Shown piece after piece: positions 1-30,471 of a stretch of DNA of 64,000 nucleotides (positions are counted from its first letter, which is position 1; every line of letters starts with the position of its first letter). This DNA is from Trichinella spiralis (taxonomy: Eukaryota). Under the pieces are notes generated by a model. That model had not been told where the DNA came from. It saw only the letters and a list, made by a program, of their open reading frames with translations, and did not search any database. A program made the translations under genes and the position numbers. Location: contig NW_003526941.1 in assembly GCF_000181795.1 (NCBI RefSeq), forward strand, positions 9,630,353 to 9,694,352, written 5' to 3'.

Positions 1-2166
<2,166 letters not shown>

Positions 2167-2622
2167 TCTGAACAATTAGCCTGAATTGGATTGATTGATC
2201 GATTGATTAATTGATGATTTTTTTGTATGAGAATAAGAAAGAAAGACAAGAACAAAAAATACAAAAAAGAAGAAGAAGAAGAAGAAAAAGAAAAAGAAGA
2301 AAGCAAATTGCAACAATTCAAACTAATAATAATGCATAATTATAGTTGTTATTATTTATTTAAATGTGTGGCATATTTTTAGGTTGATTTGTTTTCAAAA
2401 ATATTACTGCGTAGGCCATTTTCTACCGTTTAGTATTGTGTGCCTTGAATTTTGAGAAAATAGTCAAAAATTTATTTAAATAAATAAAAGTTACAATTTC
2501 CGTCCTACTAATCTACGAATCCAGTTGATCATCATTCAACAACAGTGTTGATTATTTGAATTGTTTGTTTGTTTGTTTGTTTGTTTTTAAAAATTATAAT
2601 ATTTTTTTTGCTGAACAGAAAA

Positions 2623-5600
2623 ATGGAACAATCGTGTTGTAGTATAGAATCGGAGATTCCGTTTCGGGATTTGTGTTCAATTTTTCAAGCTTGTGCTTCG
2701 ACAAGAAATCAAGCCGAGAAGCGTCGGATATTGGGGAAATTTTTCCACTGTTGGCGTGAACGATTCAAAAGAAAATACGAACATTCCATCGCCAACAGTA
2801 ACAGTTCGGTGGAATCATTTTTTCCCATACTCAGACTTTTGGTGCCGAAATTGGACAACGCCCGCGGACCGATCGGTCTGAAAGAGGTCTGGTGGAAGGA
2901 ACATTGATGTAAAATTTGCATACCGATAAATTAAATTTCAAAATTTCAGAACATGCTCGCCAAAAAATTCATCCAAATTATGGCAATTGACAAAAATTCT
3001 CCGGATGCGAAAGCTCTGCTCGGCTTCCATTTGCCAGCGACGAAATGGAAAATGTCGTCGACTACGACCGGCAAGTCGGATGTGGATTTTGCCGCTTTGA
3101 TAAGTTCAATGTTGAAATCCAGAGTTCTTGCGAATGTGGACGAAGAAATTTCATTGTTCGACATCAATCGTTGCTTGGACCATCTAGCATCAGCTCATGC
3201 TAATCGAAGCAGAGGTAATGGAAGTTGTATTTTTTTTCCTGCTTAATCTTGGATTTTTATTCGATTTGACAGATCAAGTGGAAAAACAAATCGATTGGTG
3301 TTGTAGAAATTTGAATTCAGAACAATTCAAATGGTTCGTGCGTATCGTGTTGAAAGATGTTCGAGTGAGGGGATATTGTGAAATTTGAAAAACAAAATAT
3401 ATGTATATAATTTAACAATAATATTCGTTTTGCTTAAATCTTTTTCGATCGGTTTGTCGTCGAATTCAATACTGAAATTGTACCATCCGGATGCTGTTCG
3501 CCTGTACGACGTTACCGTATCTTTGGAAACGGTTTGCACCCGGTTGAAGCTTTGGGAAAGCAGTTCAGTGGACGATGATGGATATTGTTGTTCAGTGGAA
3601 TTGTTCAAAGCGTACAGGCCGATGTTAGCGACGTTGATATTTCCCGGCAATAGAATATGCCAAATATTTTCCGGATCGAAATTTTACGTGGAAACTAAAT
3701 TCGACGGCGAACGGGTCCAATTGCACAAAGACGAAAACAACAATTACAAATACTTTTCACGCAAGTAATTTTTTTGCGCGTGGCCAGTTTGTATATTTAA
3801 ATTTGAATTTGTTTAATATTTAAAAATGATTTTCAGCGGAATTGATTTCACCTCTTCGTACGGTTCTACGCCGTTTGTGGGAAATTTGACCCAATTTATT
3901 CACGGCGCGTTTGAAAATCACGTGCGCAATTGTATTCTTGACGGTGAAATGATCGCCTGGGATCGAACGGCCAAACGTTTCGGTAATCTATAGAGTATTT
4001 TTTGTTTTTAATTTTTTTGATATTTTTCATAATTCATAATAGTTGGCAAAGGTGAACACGTCGACGTGAAGGGATTGAAATTCGACTCGCCTCTCAACCC
4101 CTGCTACATGGTTTTCGACTGTCTGCTGTTGAACGATCGTCCACTGGCCGGCCTGCCACTCAGTGAACGATTGAAACAGTTGCGTTCGGCCGTACGTGAC
4201 ATGCCCGAACGTATGCAAATTGTCGACCAGCAGCTCGTCGATTCCGCGTACGTTCGCTTCGGATATGCAAATTTATATTTTGCTTTTCAATTTTATTTTC
4301 ATCAGTGATCAAGTGATCGAGTTGTTGAACGAAACGGTCGGCAGAGGTGAAGAAGGTATCATGGTGAAAGATCCGGCGTCACTTTACAAGTACAATTTAC
4401 AATTGTTTTTTTTTCACTAATCACGCACGCACACACTTCCAGGCCAAACGCGAGAAATTCATCTGCGGGATGGTTTAAAATTAAAGTAATATATTTTAAT
4501 TATTAATTTGTTCAATGAATTTATTAATTGGAGTGTTTTTTTTTGTTAGCCAGATTATATCAACGGTCTTGTCGATGATTTGGACGTTTTGATTGTTGGT
4601 GGCTATTTTGGCACTGGTCGACGGTCGAATTTGTTATCCCATTTCATGATTGCACTGATGGAAAATTATGATAAGAAAATAATTGAAACTGTTGACGGTA
4701 ATGTGAAATGGAATTTGATGAATTAATTAATTAATTAGTTGACGAGCAGGAATTTCAATTTGTCGTTTCTACTACTTTTGCAGATTGCGATTTTTCCACG
4801 CCCCGCTTTGTCGCACTGGGACGAGTGGGCAGCGGCTATTCGTTGAAAGAATTGTACGATTTCAACGCTAAACTTGTCCAATTGCGTTTGAAGCGTGGCC
4901 AGCCGCCGCCTTGGCTAAAACTTGGCGTTGAAAAGCCTGAAGTTTACATCCATCCTGAACAATCGACAATCGTACAAGTACAAAACAAAAAAAAAAGAGA
5001 ACAACAACAATATCATAAATTTAAATATTTTTGTGAAAATTTAATAATGCTTCTATTTTTCTCGCAGGTGAAAGCTGCACAAATTGTAACCAGTGGCCAA
5101 TTTCCGTTGGGCTTCACGTTACGTTTTCCAAGAGTGCAAGCAATTCGCCACGACAAAACGTGGCGTGATTGCATGACTGTGGAACAATTTTTGAATTTCA
5201 AAGATGTAAACTGCTTGTCTGTATGTTTTTTTTCGGTTTCATTTATGCTTTTTTTGTTTGTGCATTCAGTTGTCAGCCGACTGCACGTCGAAACGTTTGG
5301 CCGAAATGAAAAATGATAATGATGATCAAATTATGAATTTGAAAACTGTTTCCAAAAAGCCCAAACGCAAAGCGATCGTCGCAGCCGATCGACGTTGTCG
5401 TGTTGAGGCGATGAAAAATTTGGACCAGTCGAAACGGATGCGTAAATTGAAACCCATTTCCGACATATTCCAAGGGCGTGAATTGTGCATTTTGAACGGC
5501 AATGACACTTTCACCAAAGAAAATTTGGAAGGCAAAGTTGTCGAACTCGGCGGTACAGTAGTCCAACATCCTGGTAAATTTTTATTTCACACGATTTATA

Positions 5601-6896
5601 TTTATTTATTCAATATATTCAACGTTGTTTGTTTGTTTGTTTTTGGTGCCAACACATTTTGCATAGTTGCCGGTCGTCAGACGGTGAAAGTGAAATCTGT
5701 AGTGCGTGCTTCCACTGTGGATGTTCTGAAATTGAGTTGGCTTATTCGATGTATCCAAACGAATTCTTTCATACAATGGTAAATCAATTTTGAAAGTACA
5801 AATCTGTTTATTTATTTATTTATTTACATATATTCAGGACCCCGAAAGATATGTTACTTACGACGGCTACAATGAAACGACATTTCAAACGAAACTTTGA
5901 TCAATACGGTGACAGTTATACTGATCCTGTGGATTCGGAAACTCTTCATGATCTACTGACAACAGTACCAGTTGAGGTTGTTGAAAAAAATTCTGTTCTT
6001 TATAAATTAATAACAGAATTTATATTTGAATGATTTTTTAAAATTGTTCTTTGGTTTTTTGCTGCTTTTAGAAAACCGACGTTGACGATTCGAAAAGTCA
6101 AAAATTTTTATCAACAATATCATACAAATATGGAATATTTTTGAACTGCACGTGAGGATGTTTGTGATTGGTTGAATTTAAAAAAATATTTTTTTTATTT
6201 TTCTTTTTTTGTTCAGCATTTATTTAGATTTATACGATGATTTGCTTTCACCGTTGCGACGGAGAATCGCGTTGAGTGCTTTGGATCGATACGAGCTTCT
6301 TCTTTACGAATTCAGGGCCAACATTGTCGACACGCTTACAGATTCACTTACTCACGTCATTGTTCATTCTGAGTAAGTTGTTCCGTCCCTTTGTGATGAT
6401 GATTCGATTATTTCCATTAATTTATTATATATTCAAAATTGTTTTTTTTATGATAATTAGACACTGTGTTCGGCATTTGTTGACTTTGTTCAATTACAAC
6501 GACTGATTTTATTATTCAGTCAGTCATCAATCAAATTGGTGTTATTTTTTAATACATATATATATTCATATTTGTTCAGTCGAAAGTTGAAATTTTATTG
6601 TTGATTGATCGAATTAATTCACATATAATGATAATCATTTTATTTATTTCAGTGATTTGAGTCGATTGGATGATTTGTTGCGTTTCAAATCGGATTTCAA
6701 TGCCAACTTTCACATTGTTACCGAAAGTTGGGTAACGCATTGCATTGGAGAATTTGCAATTGTTGACGAAAGCTTACACTCAGTTCGCACTTCGGGCGAA
6801 TCTCATCCCGCTATTATTGACGAAGAAGAAGTTGAAGAAGGTGATGATGTAATCAATGAAAATCCATCATCATCCGTTATTGTCAGTTGCAGTTGA
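2623..6896 (+). CDS. lig-4: DNA ligase IV (NHEJ ligase with two C-terminal BRCT domains)
   Basis: About 17 exons. Motifs: FFPILRLLVPKLDNAR, adenylation motif ETKFDGERVQLHK, CILDGEM, VFDCL, EEGIMVKDP, GWFKIKPDY, LRFPRV, BRCT1 (LGGTVVQHPGANTFCIVAG...LSWL), XRCC4-binding-like FDQYGDSYT, BRCT2 (THVIV...VTESWV). Two acceptors appear non-canonical (see findings). Confidence 0.93.
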
Positions 6897-7629
6897 AAAA
6901 TGTAAGATATTTCCTTCGGGTTGTTTTAAATTATAAAATGAAATATATCAATCGTGAAATAATAATTATTAACACTACTCACATGTTGTTTTGCATGTTT
7001 GCATGAATTTCAACTCTTTTCCTCTGTTTCTGTATACTGATGAAATAAATAATCTCAGAGATCAGTTCAGTTCGGTTCGGTTGGTTTTGCCGTTGATATT
7101 CCTCATCTTAGCTTATATGCTTCTTTCGCGTTTCGTAGCTTGATATATAATACTGATAACAATCCAGTTAGAAACGTTGCCTCTTTTTTTTTACTCTTTC
7201 ACGGGCAATTTCAGCACAGAAGAAGAAGACGAAGAACAGAAATTATGAGCGATTATTATCGATTTGCGGAATTTCAAATTAGCATCAAGCATTCATCCAT
7301 TTGAAGCAAGATATTAAGGGAACAAACAGTACAAGCAGCATTTATCAATTTCTTCTATAAATAAGGCTCGGCAGAAGCATCACAAGTAAAAGAAAAAAAA
7401 TAATAATAAAAGAAGAACAGAGAAAAAAACAAGCGCAAACTTATGCAAAGCAGGTACGTATAACGTGTCACATATACATACATATTATATACATATATAA
7501 TTTGACTAGATAGTATTGTAATATATAGTAGAAGTCAAAAAAGGCGGATGGCAAGATGTGAAGGAAGAAGAAGAAGAATAGAGAAAAAAAGAATAATTAA
7601 TGAATGTGCCTATAGAAGCAGAGAGATTT

Positions 7630-8326
7630 TCACCGCAAACGACTGCCACCTAACGAGGCACTTTTGAAGCATCTCGGCCACGACAGTGGCCATTCGAACT
7701 GCCTTGGCACCGACGGCGCCACGTTGCATTCCATATAACGAAACAACGAAAACCAACACTCTCTCGACATCAGGTTGGTCACGGAATATTCCTATTATTA
7801 TTATTATTATAAAAAAAGGAGAAATTTTTAGCATAAAAATATGATGAAAAGGACAACAAATGCAATTCACCTTCAATACTGCATTGTTCGCCAACGTGTG
7901 ATACAACCAAAACAGTCGAGTAGTGACGAAATAAGCGATGACAACGTCAATGCTGTAATGACCACGGGATAACAGGATGCAAAGAATACCGCTGGCGCTG
8001 ACTAACCAAGTCAACAGATGCAAATGCCAGAATCTTCTTGGAGAATCTAAATCAGTGAATGAATGAATGAAATGGATTTTTTTTGCATTTGGAAAAATTT
8101 GGAAACCAAATTATCATCTATCAATAATCATCGATTTACATTCTTTGACAACTAAGTATGTCATCACCAAGATTAACGTGTGGCCGCTGAAAATGTAATC
8201 GCCGCAAAAAGTATGCTTGCCAAAAATGTTCAAACCGGCTCCACTGAACAGTCGCAATGCTCGGAGAAGAACATCACCGAAAGTTGTATTGTTCGACTGA
8301 AAATATATGATATGGTATGATAATTG

Positions 8327-8367
<41 letters not shown>

Positions 8368-9294
8368 ACTTTTGGTGAGCAGAAGTAAGTCGGATCGGCA
8401 ACTGGTACTTGAGTTACCAGCATGCACACGCAACGCCCCAAATACAGCAAGGACAGCATCAGGAAAACCCGTCGTAACAATATCCACCTGGATGAATTTG
8501 GTAATAATTTTTTGTTTGTTCATATGAAAAATGCAAAATCACAACAAACAAACCTGTGTCGGTGCAGCAAGCATACGATGAACATGATGCCGCTGCTGAT
8601 CATGATTAAGTATTCGGATGCCGCTAGGGCGTTTGGAAAATGAGGAACCAAGGTGAAAAACAAATCCGGAAGTGGCGGTGTTTCAGGAACCCGCTCGTGA
8701 ATCCACGCCAGTACAACATCATTAGTCATGGCGGCAATGAACAGCAAAAACACCGAAAGCTAAACAAATAAAAAATGGAAGAATATTATTTTTTGAAATT
8801 AAAATTGTAGATGTTGTGTAAATTGAAAAGTTCACTGGTAAGCAAACAAACACACGAGCCGAGCTTATCATCATCAAATTGACAACGTGTGTTCATCATC
8901 TCTATCTATCTTTCCCCGCACTGGTGCAACGCTTATATTGACAATTCTACACCTACAGGCTAAGTAAACAAAAAATGTGTAAACCAAACCTTCCGTTGAT
9001 ATTATTCTTATTGACTGATCTATATGAACACATTAATTGACTGCCTTTGTGAATAAATGCAATTGAAAATACATAATAAAGCACGTGGAAGAGCATAAAA
9101 TTAAAAAGAAACATACAATTACTGCTTACCAGAAGCTTTTTCGGTTCCTTGGGGAATTTTTTAATCGAAGACGACGACGTCTCGCCAGTATCACAAAGTT
9201 CAATGAGTACAGTCTCTTCACCGCGATCCGATTCCACACAATGTCCGTTCAATTTCACCCGGTCGGCCATGATCTGCTGGTCTTCAGTAGCCAT
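7630..9294 (-). CDS. Sphingomyelin synthase (phosphatidylcholine:ceramide cholinephosphotransferase)
   Basis: Spliced exons give FPKEPKK, HERVPETPPLPDLFF, CGDYIFSGHT and GHYSIDVVIAYFVTTRLFWLYH (SMS signature motifs), ending RQFEWPLSWP...RLR* with the stop at 7630-7632. The start at MATEDQ (9294) is inferred; likely upstream untranslated exons near 9470-9550 and 11.6-11.8 kb. Confidence 0.9.
8330..8364. repeat. (AT)n microsatellite in an SMS intron
   Basis: Uninterrupted TA run; it produces the spurious YIYI ORFs. Confidence 0.95.
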
Positions 9295-12200
9295 GCACCA
9301 GAGCAATGGGAAAACAAACACTCTCCACAGTAAACAACAACAACGACGACTCTTATACTGTTTGTAACTCTGTAAACAAAAAACAAACAAACAAACAAAC
9401 TAGAGCTGTTTTTCCTTTGAATTATTTCAATGCTTTGAAAAACAACAACTAACCAAGTCAATCACAACACCTGCTGCTGTTGCTGCTGTTGCTGTTGCAC
9501 GAAAGCTTTGACGGCGGCGGCGTCGGGGATTCACTTCGGCTAATGCTAAATCTGTGAAAAAGAAATATATTTATTATAATAATTTTTGTCTCACTCTATT
9601 TATTTATTATTTTCAATAAATAAAATAAAAAAATAACAACAATCATTGCACAATTGTGCATTTTTTAATGTTTCATCAATCTCTCTGAGTACCGACATCT
9701 CTTTTTTACTAAAAAATTTCCAATTTCTGCTCAACATTGCTCGATCATTGTTGTTTTTATTTTTCCTCATCTGCTTTAAAATGGGAAATGAAAAGAATAA
9801 ACGCACAGACACAAAATTGCCACAGCAAAAAAAAGATTCTAAGCTAACAGAGAAGCAGCTAACAAATTGTGAAAATCAATAATAATAATAAACTTTCAAT
9901 TTTTCTCAAATCTCGAATATCAACTGATTTTTATTAAACTGAAAACTGTTGATCATTGAAAAAAGCTAAAAGCCAGCCGAGCAGCAACAGCAGAGCAATC
10001 AGCCGTGCAAAATTGTTCCAGCCAAAATGGCCAATATAATATGCATGCACACACACACAGCCGCTTTGCTGTTTGCTTGGTGAAAATTGATGAATTACTT
10101 CGTGTGAAACTTCATGACAGAAAAAGCACAACAAATTTGAAAAAAAATTCAAACAATTTTTCTCTCGATAAGTTTAAAATATTAAAAATCATATTCCATA
10201 ATTGTCAACAGTGAATTCGTTCCATTATATTCATCTAACGATCAATTAGATTTCAATTAGCCACTCATAGAATAAACAACTAACAGTTCTATAAAATGAC
10301 GTAAGCTTATCATATGAAGACAAACTGAAACATTCATCCAATAAACGGTCTCATTTCAAACGAAACAAATGGCACAATTGATTTTCTTTTTTAATAAACT
10401 TTATCAATATTGCACATTACAACAGAGTTCAAATAAATTTAATTAATACAAGAAAAATCTTTTTATTGGTAACAAATTAAGCTGCTTGCGTTAAACTGAA
10501 TTTGTCAACCTCTGATCGATCATTTTTCCATCCTTCTTCTTATCTATATACATGTATACTCACTCTATTGACCACAATTACAATATTCTTCATAAAAATC
10601 ATAAAAATATTCACATTTCGATCAGAAAATTCTATTAAACAACAAAAAGAAAATGATCAACTAAACTTCTTAATACGATTATCAACAAATTATGATAAAA
10701 TTAAGTAAGAATCTTATAAAAAGTATAAAATGAATCATTATTTTTAGATCATATCTTAAATTGTTCGAATTTCGAAGAAAAAAGATTTCTCACAGCTCCC
10801 GGAGGAAATTAGAGTAAAAATAATATTAACAGACATATTCCAAATGAAAACTGTCAACTGTAGCTTATACAATATTTGCAATTTGAACCATAAAACTGGA
10901 CAAAACTAGTTGCACTATATTAATTGAACAAACGCAACAAAATGCATTTAAAAAACGCGACCTACTTTAAACTATTATAACTTGAAAGCGATATATATAA
11001 CACGATACAAAACTACTTGAACTTTAAACATGCAACAAATGTGTACAAACTAATCGTACACAGATTATGATTATTTCATTGAATAAACGTTCGTTAATGT
11101 AATAAAATAAGCAACAACTGCCATCGAAATTAACTATTTGTTTATATAAAAACTATATAGGGGATAAGAGCTGAAACCTTCAAATTTCAGAGTATACGAA
11201 AAATGAAAAAATTCTTCCTAAAATTTTGAAAAACCAAGTCAATATAAGAAAGCACGCCTATTATTGATCAATTATGAATCATCAATCTTAGAAAGAATTA
11301 TAGCCACAATTAAAAATAACCAATAACCACTGGAAATCTATAAGCCATCATCATTGCCACTTCTATTCTAGCTCAAAGTAAAAAATAAATATTACAATGC
11401 GATTATTACTCAGTACTTGCTATAAATTTAAATCTCTGAATCCAATAAAACAACAGATTATCAAAAATTATCACTACAAGGGTGTAAAAGGAAAACATCT
11501 GTGAAATATGTAACATTACAAATTTATATAATTTAAAATACTGAATAATAAATTTAAAATAAAAAAAAAGTTTTGAAATACAAATATTGAAACTAAAATG
11601 AAAATAATACATGAAAATGACTTACAATTGCACAGTTGAGGCAGCTGATGGCGGTAATTAAACAGTTAAAGGCCATCCACAGAGCACCAATAGATTAAGT
11701 TGATAAATTAAACTGTTTAAACAGTCAAATAGTCAGGGAAGCTATCACTTATAAAAAAACGCAGAAATCAAAAACGGACATGGCCACAAACACTGAACAT
11801 ATGTTGCGTCCAGAAATACCTCACAGAGTTCAAACGCACCTACAGTACAGTCATTTGCAATTGATTTGCAAGTTATATGAAATTTAATGAAAATCCTAAT
11901 TCTTAAAAAATAAATAATAATGATGAATTACTAAAAAGAAATTTTTAAATTCAAATGATAAAAATAAATATAAATTTCGCAAAATAAATGTTAAAATTCA
12001 TATTATTGCTTTGTGCACAAATATCATCCAAAATACAAAATTTAATAGACATTTGATTATTTACACGAAACTGTCTGTTAGGAAAGTACTCGATTTAATA
12101 ATATTTTTAAATTTAGTCACTTTATTTTGATAAAAGAACACAAAGTGAGGTGTCGTTCACTTTGACAAATAGAGAAATTTATCTTTTAAATATTTTATAA

Positions 12201-12910
12201 AATTTTCTTAAAATAAAATAAATAATTTATCTGAATCATAAAAGTATTTATAGATCTTTTCCATAACTTTGGTTGAAAATATCATTCGTGTAATTCCAGT
12301 GCAGTGCTTTCACAGCTGTAGATGACAATGAGTGAAACAAAAACAAATAAGTCAAACTGTCATATATTTATAATTTATTACTAATAAAATTAAAATTATC
12401 CATTTAAAGGATAAACATAGGAATGGGAAACTTTTTCAATACTACTTGGCAGAAAGAGGAATTAAATGAAATTACGTAGATGCAAATATGCGCTGAAATT
12501 GTGGTAAAATTTTGAAATTTAAACTCATACAGCTTATTGGAATGGAATTTTATAATTAAAGAGTTAAGAATTTCATATGAAAAATCAAACTGTCAAACGT
12601 AAATATAGGGTAGCGCATTTGAAGTTTTAATACTTGAGTGCCGTTTACTATATAGCTGAAACTTATATCATGAGCAGGTCATTCTGACGTGATTTGTCAG
12701 TGCTAGCTGGTTGGCGATGCGAGGTCATTTCTGAAAATTGTCCATTTTAATATTGCAGATATAATTTCGTGTCACATAATTTGTAACGTAACCAACCATC
12801 TTTATTTGCTGAAGTCACCACATGCGTTTGGAAAAAGTTTGCGCCATTGTGCAGTGCAACTGAAATTTTCGCTTCAAGTTTATATATAAAATCTGATCTC
12901 ATCTTCAATA

Positions 12911-27830
<14,920 letters not shown>

Positions 27831-28661
27831 ACAGTTGAAAAAACCGCTACTCAGTTTACCATCATCTGAGCAGAGCTATACAATTTATCATTATTCTAAT
27901 TCTTTGGATTTTTTTTGCTCTATCTACAGAATTGCTCCGAATTATTATTATTATTATCATTAATAATAATAATATATATGTATATAATCAGTCTACGTCT
28001 TAGAAAATCCACAATAATACGTACGTACCATAAGTATGGCATAAGCACCTAGATTGCGTGAAGATTAGCATATTTATATATGCTAATTTTCGTTGAACTG
28101 CCAGTGTTTTGATTATTATTCATTAATTTTCAAATTCTTCATTTTACCTGTAGTTTTTTTTCATATCAGTTTTTATATTTTTGTTATTATCATTTTCATT
28201 TCACTGCTATTCTACGTTTCTCTGCAGCGATTTGTATGGCCGTTTTGATTAGAGAACCTTCTCTTCTCCCTCTATTACAATTTACACGTCTTCCATTTTG
28301 AACAGCCATATAACACAAAGAGCGTACAAAATTTGCTGACGATACTGGATGAAACTTGGAACCTAGTCGATAAGATGATAATGTCTGTTTTTGAATTTTT
28401 ATTACTTATACAGAAATTATTGTTTGCACAATGGTCGAGAAGTTTTTAACGATTTTGTTAGCTGTTCTGAAAATACTTCTTTAGCATATAGATTTGAATG
28501 CTTTCAGTTTGTTCTTTACACAATGAATGTATGTATCACTTGCTTGAATTTATTGTATAATCAGTCAACTCTTTCACAACATTCGTATCAATTTCATTGC
28601 ACAACTTTATCACTATTTGTTTGATCAGTTTAATTGAACTTGAATTTTTCAATAATTGTAG

Positions 28662-29953
28662 GTATTGAATGAATGATAAATTCTGAAACAAAGAAATAAT
28701 TGAAGAAATTGAAATTGAAAAAGAAATTTTATTGAAATAATCCGTGTATAATATGTTTGCGTTCGATTAATTATTTGCTTGATGGAATAACTGATGATTA
28801 GGATGAAATAGAAGAAGAAATTAAATGAAAAAAGTAATTACGTAACAATATCTGAATTAGAATGGCATTCTAAAATTAGAAAGAAAGAAAAGGATATTAT
28901 TAAACGATCGGGTGCAGGCAATGCAGCTAATCGGATAACTCGTACGAACTAATAAATGCAGTTAGTGAAAAGCAAGTTTAAGAAACAGTACACTTGCAGC
29001 GTGCTACAAAACAAAATCATCGTCAGAAATCCACGGGACAATCAAAAAAAGGAAGACATTTATTTCCCAAATGCATACTACGAAGATATCATTTTGAACT
29101 GTTGCGGCAAGTAAAAGGATTATGATTTTCTGTACCGATCAGAAAATGCATGCTTCGCATAATTTCATGCATTCACTGAAAATGACCAAATATGAATACT
29201 TCGAAAAACGCGTGGGAAGCAGCAAAATCAAATATCAAATGAAACGGGTAATTGATATTTTAATCTTAACACAATATTGGTAGTTTTTTTTTCTAGCATT
29301 TAAATTTTAATATTCACCATCTTCATTCACATTTCAATATAATGTAGCATTCCCTACTGAAATGATAAAAAAGAAGATTGTATGAATTTCCATACAGAAA
29401 GCATACATAAGTATTCTTTTATTTATTTTTAGATTATTTGAACAACGTTGAACAGTGCAAATCAATACTTTTTTCAGACAATCGCTAACTTTCTTTAAGC
29501 TGCATTTTTAGCTTCTTCACTAACTCACCAAGAGATTTTCATCCACAGAATTCGATATGGAGCACTCCATTATACAAATAATGATCGTCACAAAGGTGCC
29601 TTATCATCAAGTGGTAGCGTCGTAAAATATTCTCTGAATTAACTATGGCGTCAAAAATTTGTTTAAAGGTAATTTAAAGTAGTTCTGTTTTCTACTTGTG
29701 TTAGTTATCTTCAAAAACTGTGCACACTTATTTTGTAAACGTTATCTTTTGATTAAAAATTTAATGTAATTATTATATTTGAAAATTCAGTTTTAAATTT
29801 ATTGTAACTTTCATTATGTGATAAAAGGAGACCATTTGTTATTTAGCATTTAACATTATTACACATATGAACAATGGAGAAAAAAGAGTTTTAAACGCCG
29901 TCTACAGGGAATAGAAAGCGGGCGTAACGAAGCACAACAACAGAATGCAAGAG
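28662..29953 (+). pseudogene. Possible decayed coding sequence of unknown family
   Basis: Purine-rich, Glu/Lys-codon-like stretches with exon-like AG/GT borders (~28662-29247, ~29433-29668, ~29847-29953), but the frames I translated are broken by stops and I recognise no domain. Confidence 0.2.
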
Positions 29954-30471
29954 GTATGTGTGATTTTCTGTCAGTCAAGATTATGTAATTCGAGGTTGGG
30001 ATACAGCGAAAGGGTGAATTTTATTCCATAGTTTAATTAAAATTGGTAAATGTAAGATGTAAATAAGATTTTTCACTGTAAAACGGTATTTTCTGTTTTA
30101 TAAATGAGATGGTATTGAGATTAGGGAAGAATGACTTGATTATTAGAATTTAACTTTAGCTCATTTAAACCACTTTCAATGCTGCGCGCCTGGTGTCTCT
30201 CTATTATGAGCACATCATCTTCTATTGTAGATTGCCTTTTCAATAGTTTAACAAGCATTTATTTGAAAATTTCTCAATTCAAAGCATCTTCTTTGACAGA
30301 AATTTGCTTCACATTATCAACGTTGTTATTCGATTTTTTCAAAAATGCGGAGGCGTGTTTGACTAAGTGAATATTTTTGTTATGGCGTTTATTGCCAGAT
30401 AGTTTATATTTTGACTGAATTGTCAATGTCAAGGTCATTTTTGAATATTCAAATAACTGTCATCATTGAAA

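Noticed and set aside
4978..5067. In-frame insertion in the ligase IV OB-fold suggested by ORF 4825-5316
   Set aside because: It is a canonical 90-nt GT-AG intron that happens to lack stops; splicing restores IVQVKAAQI.
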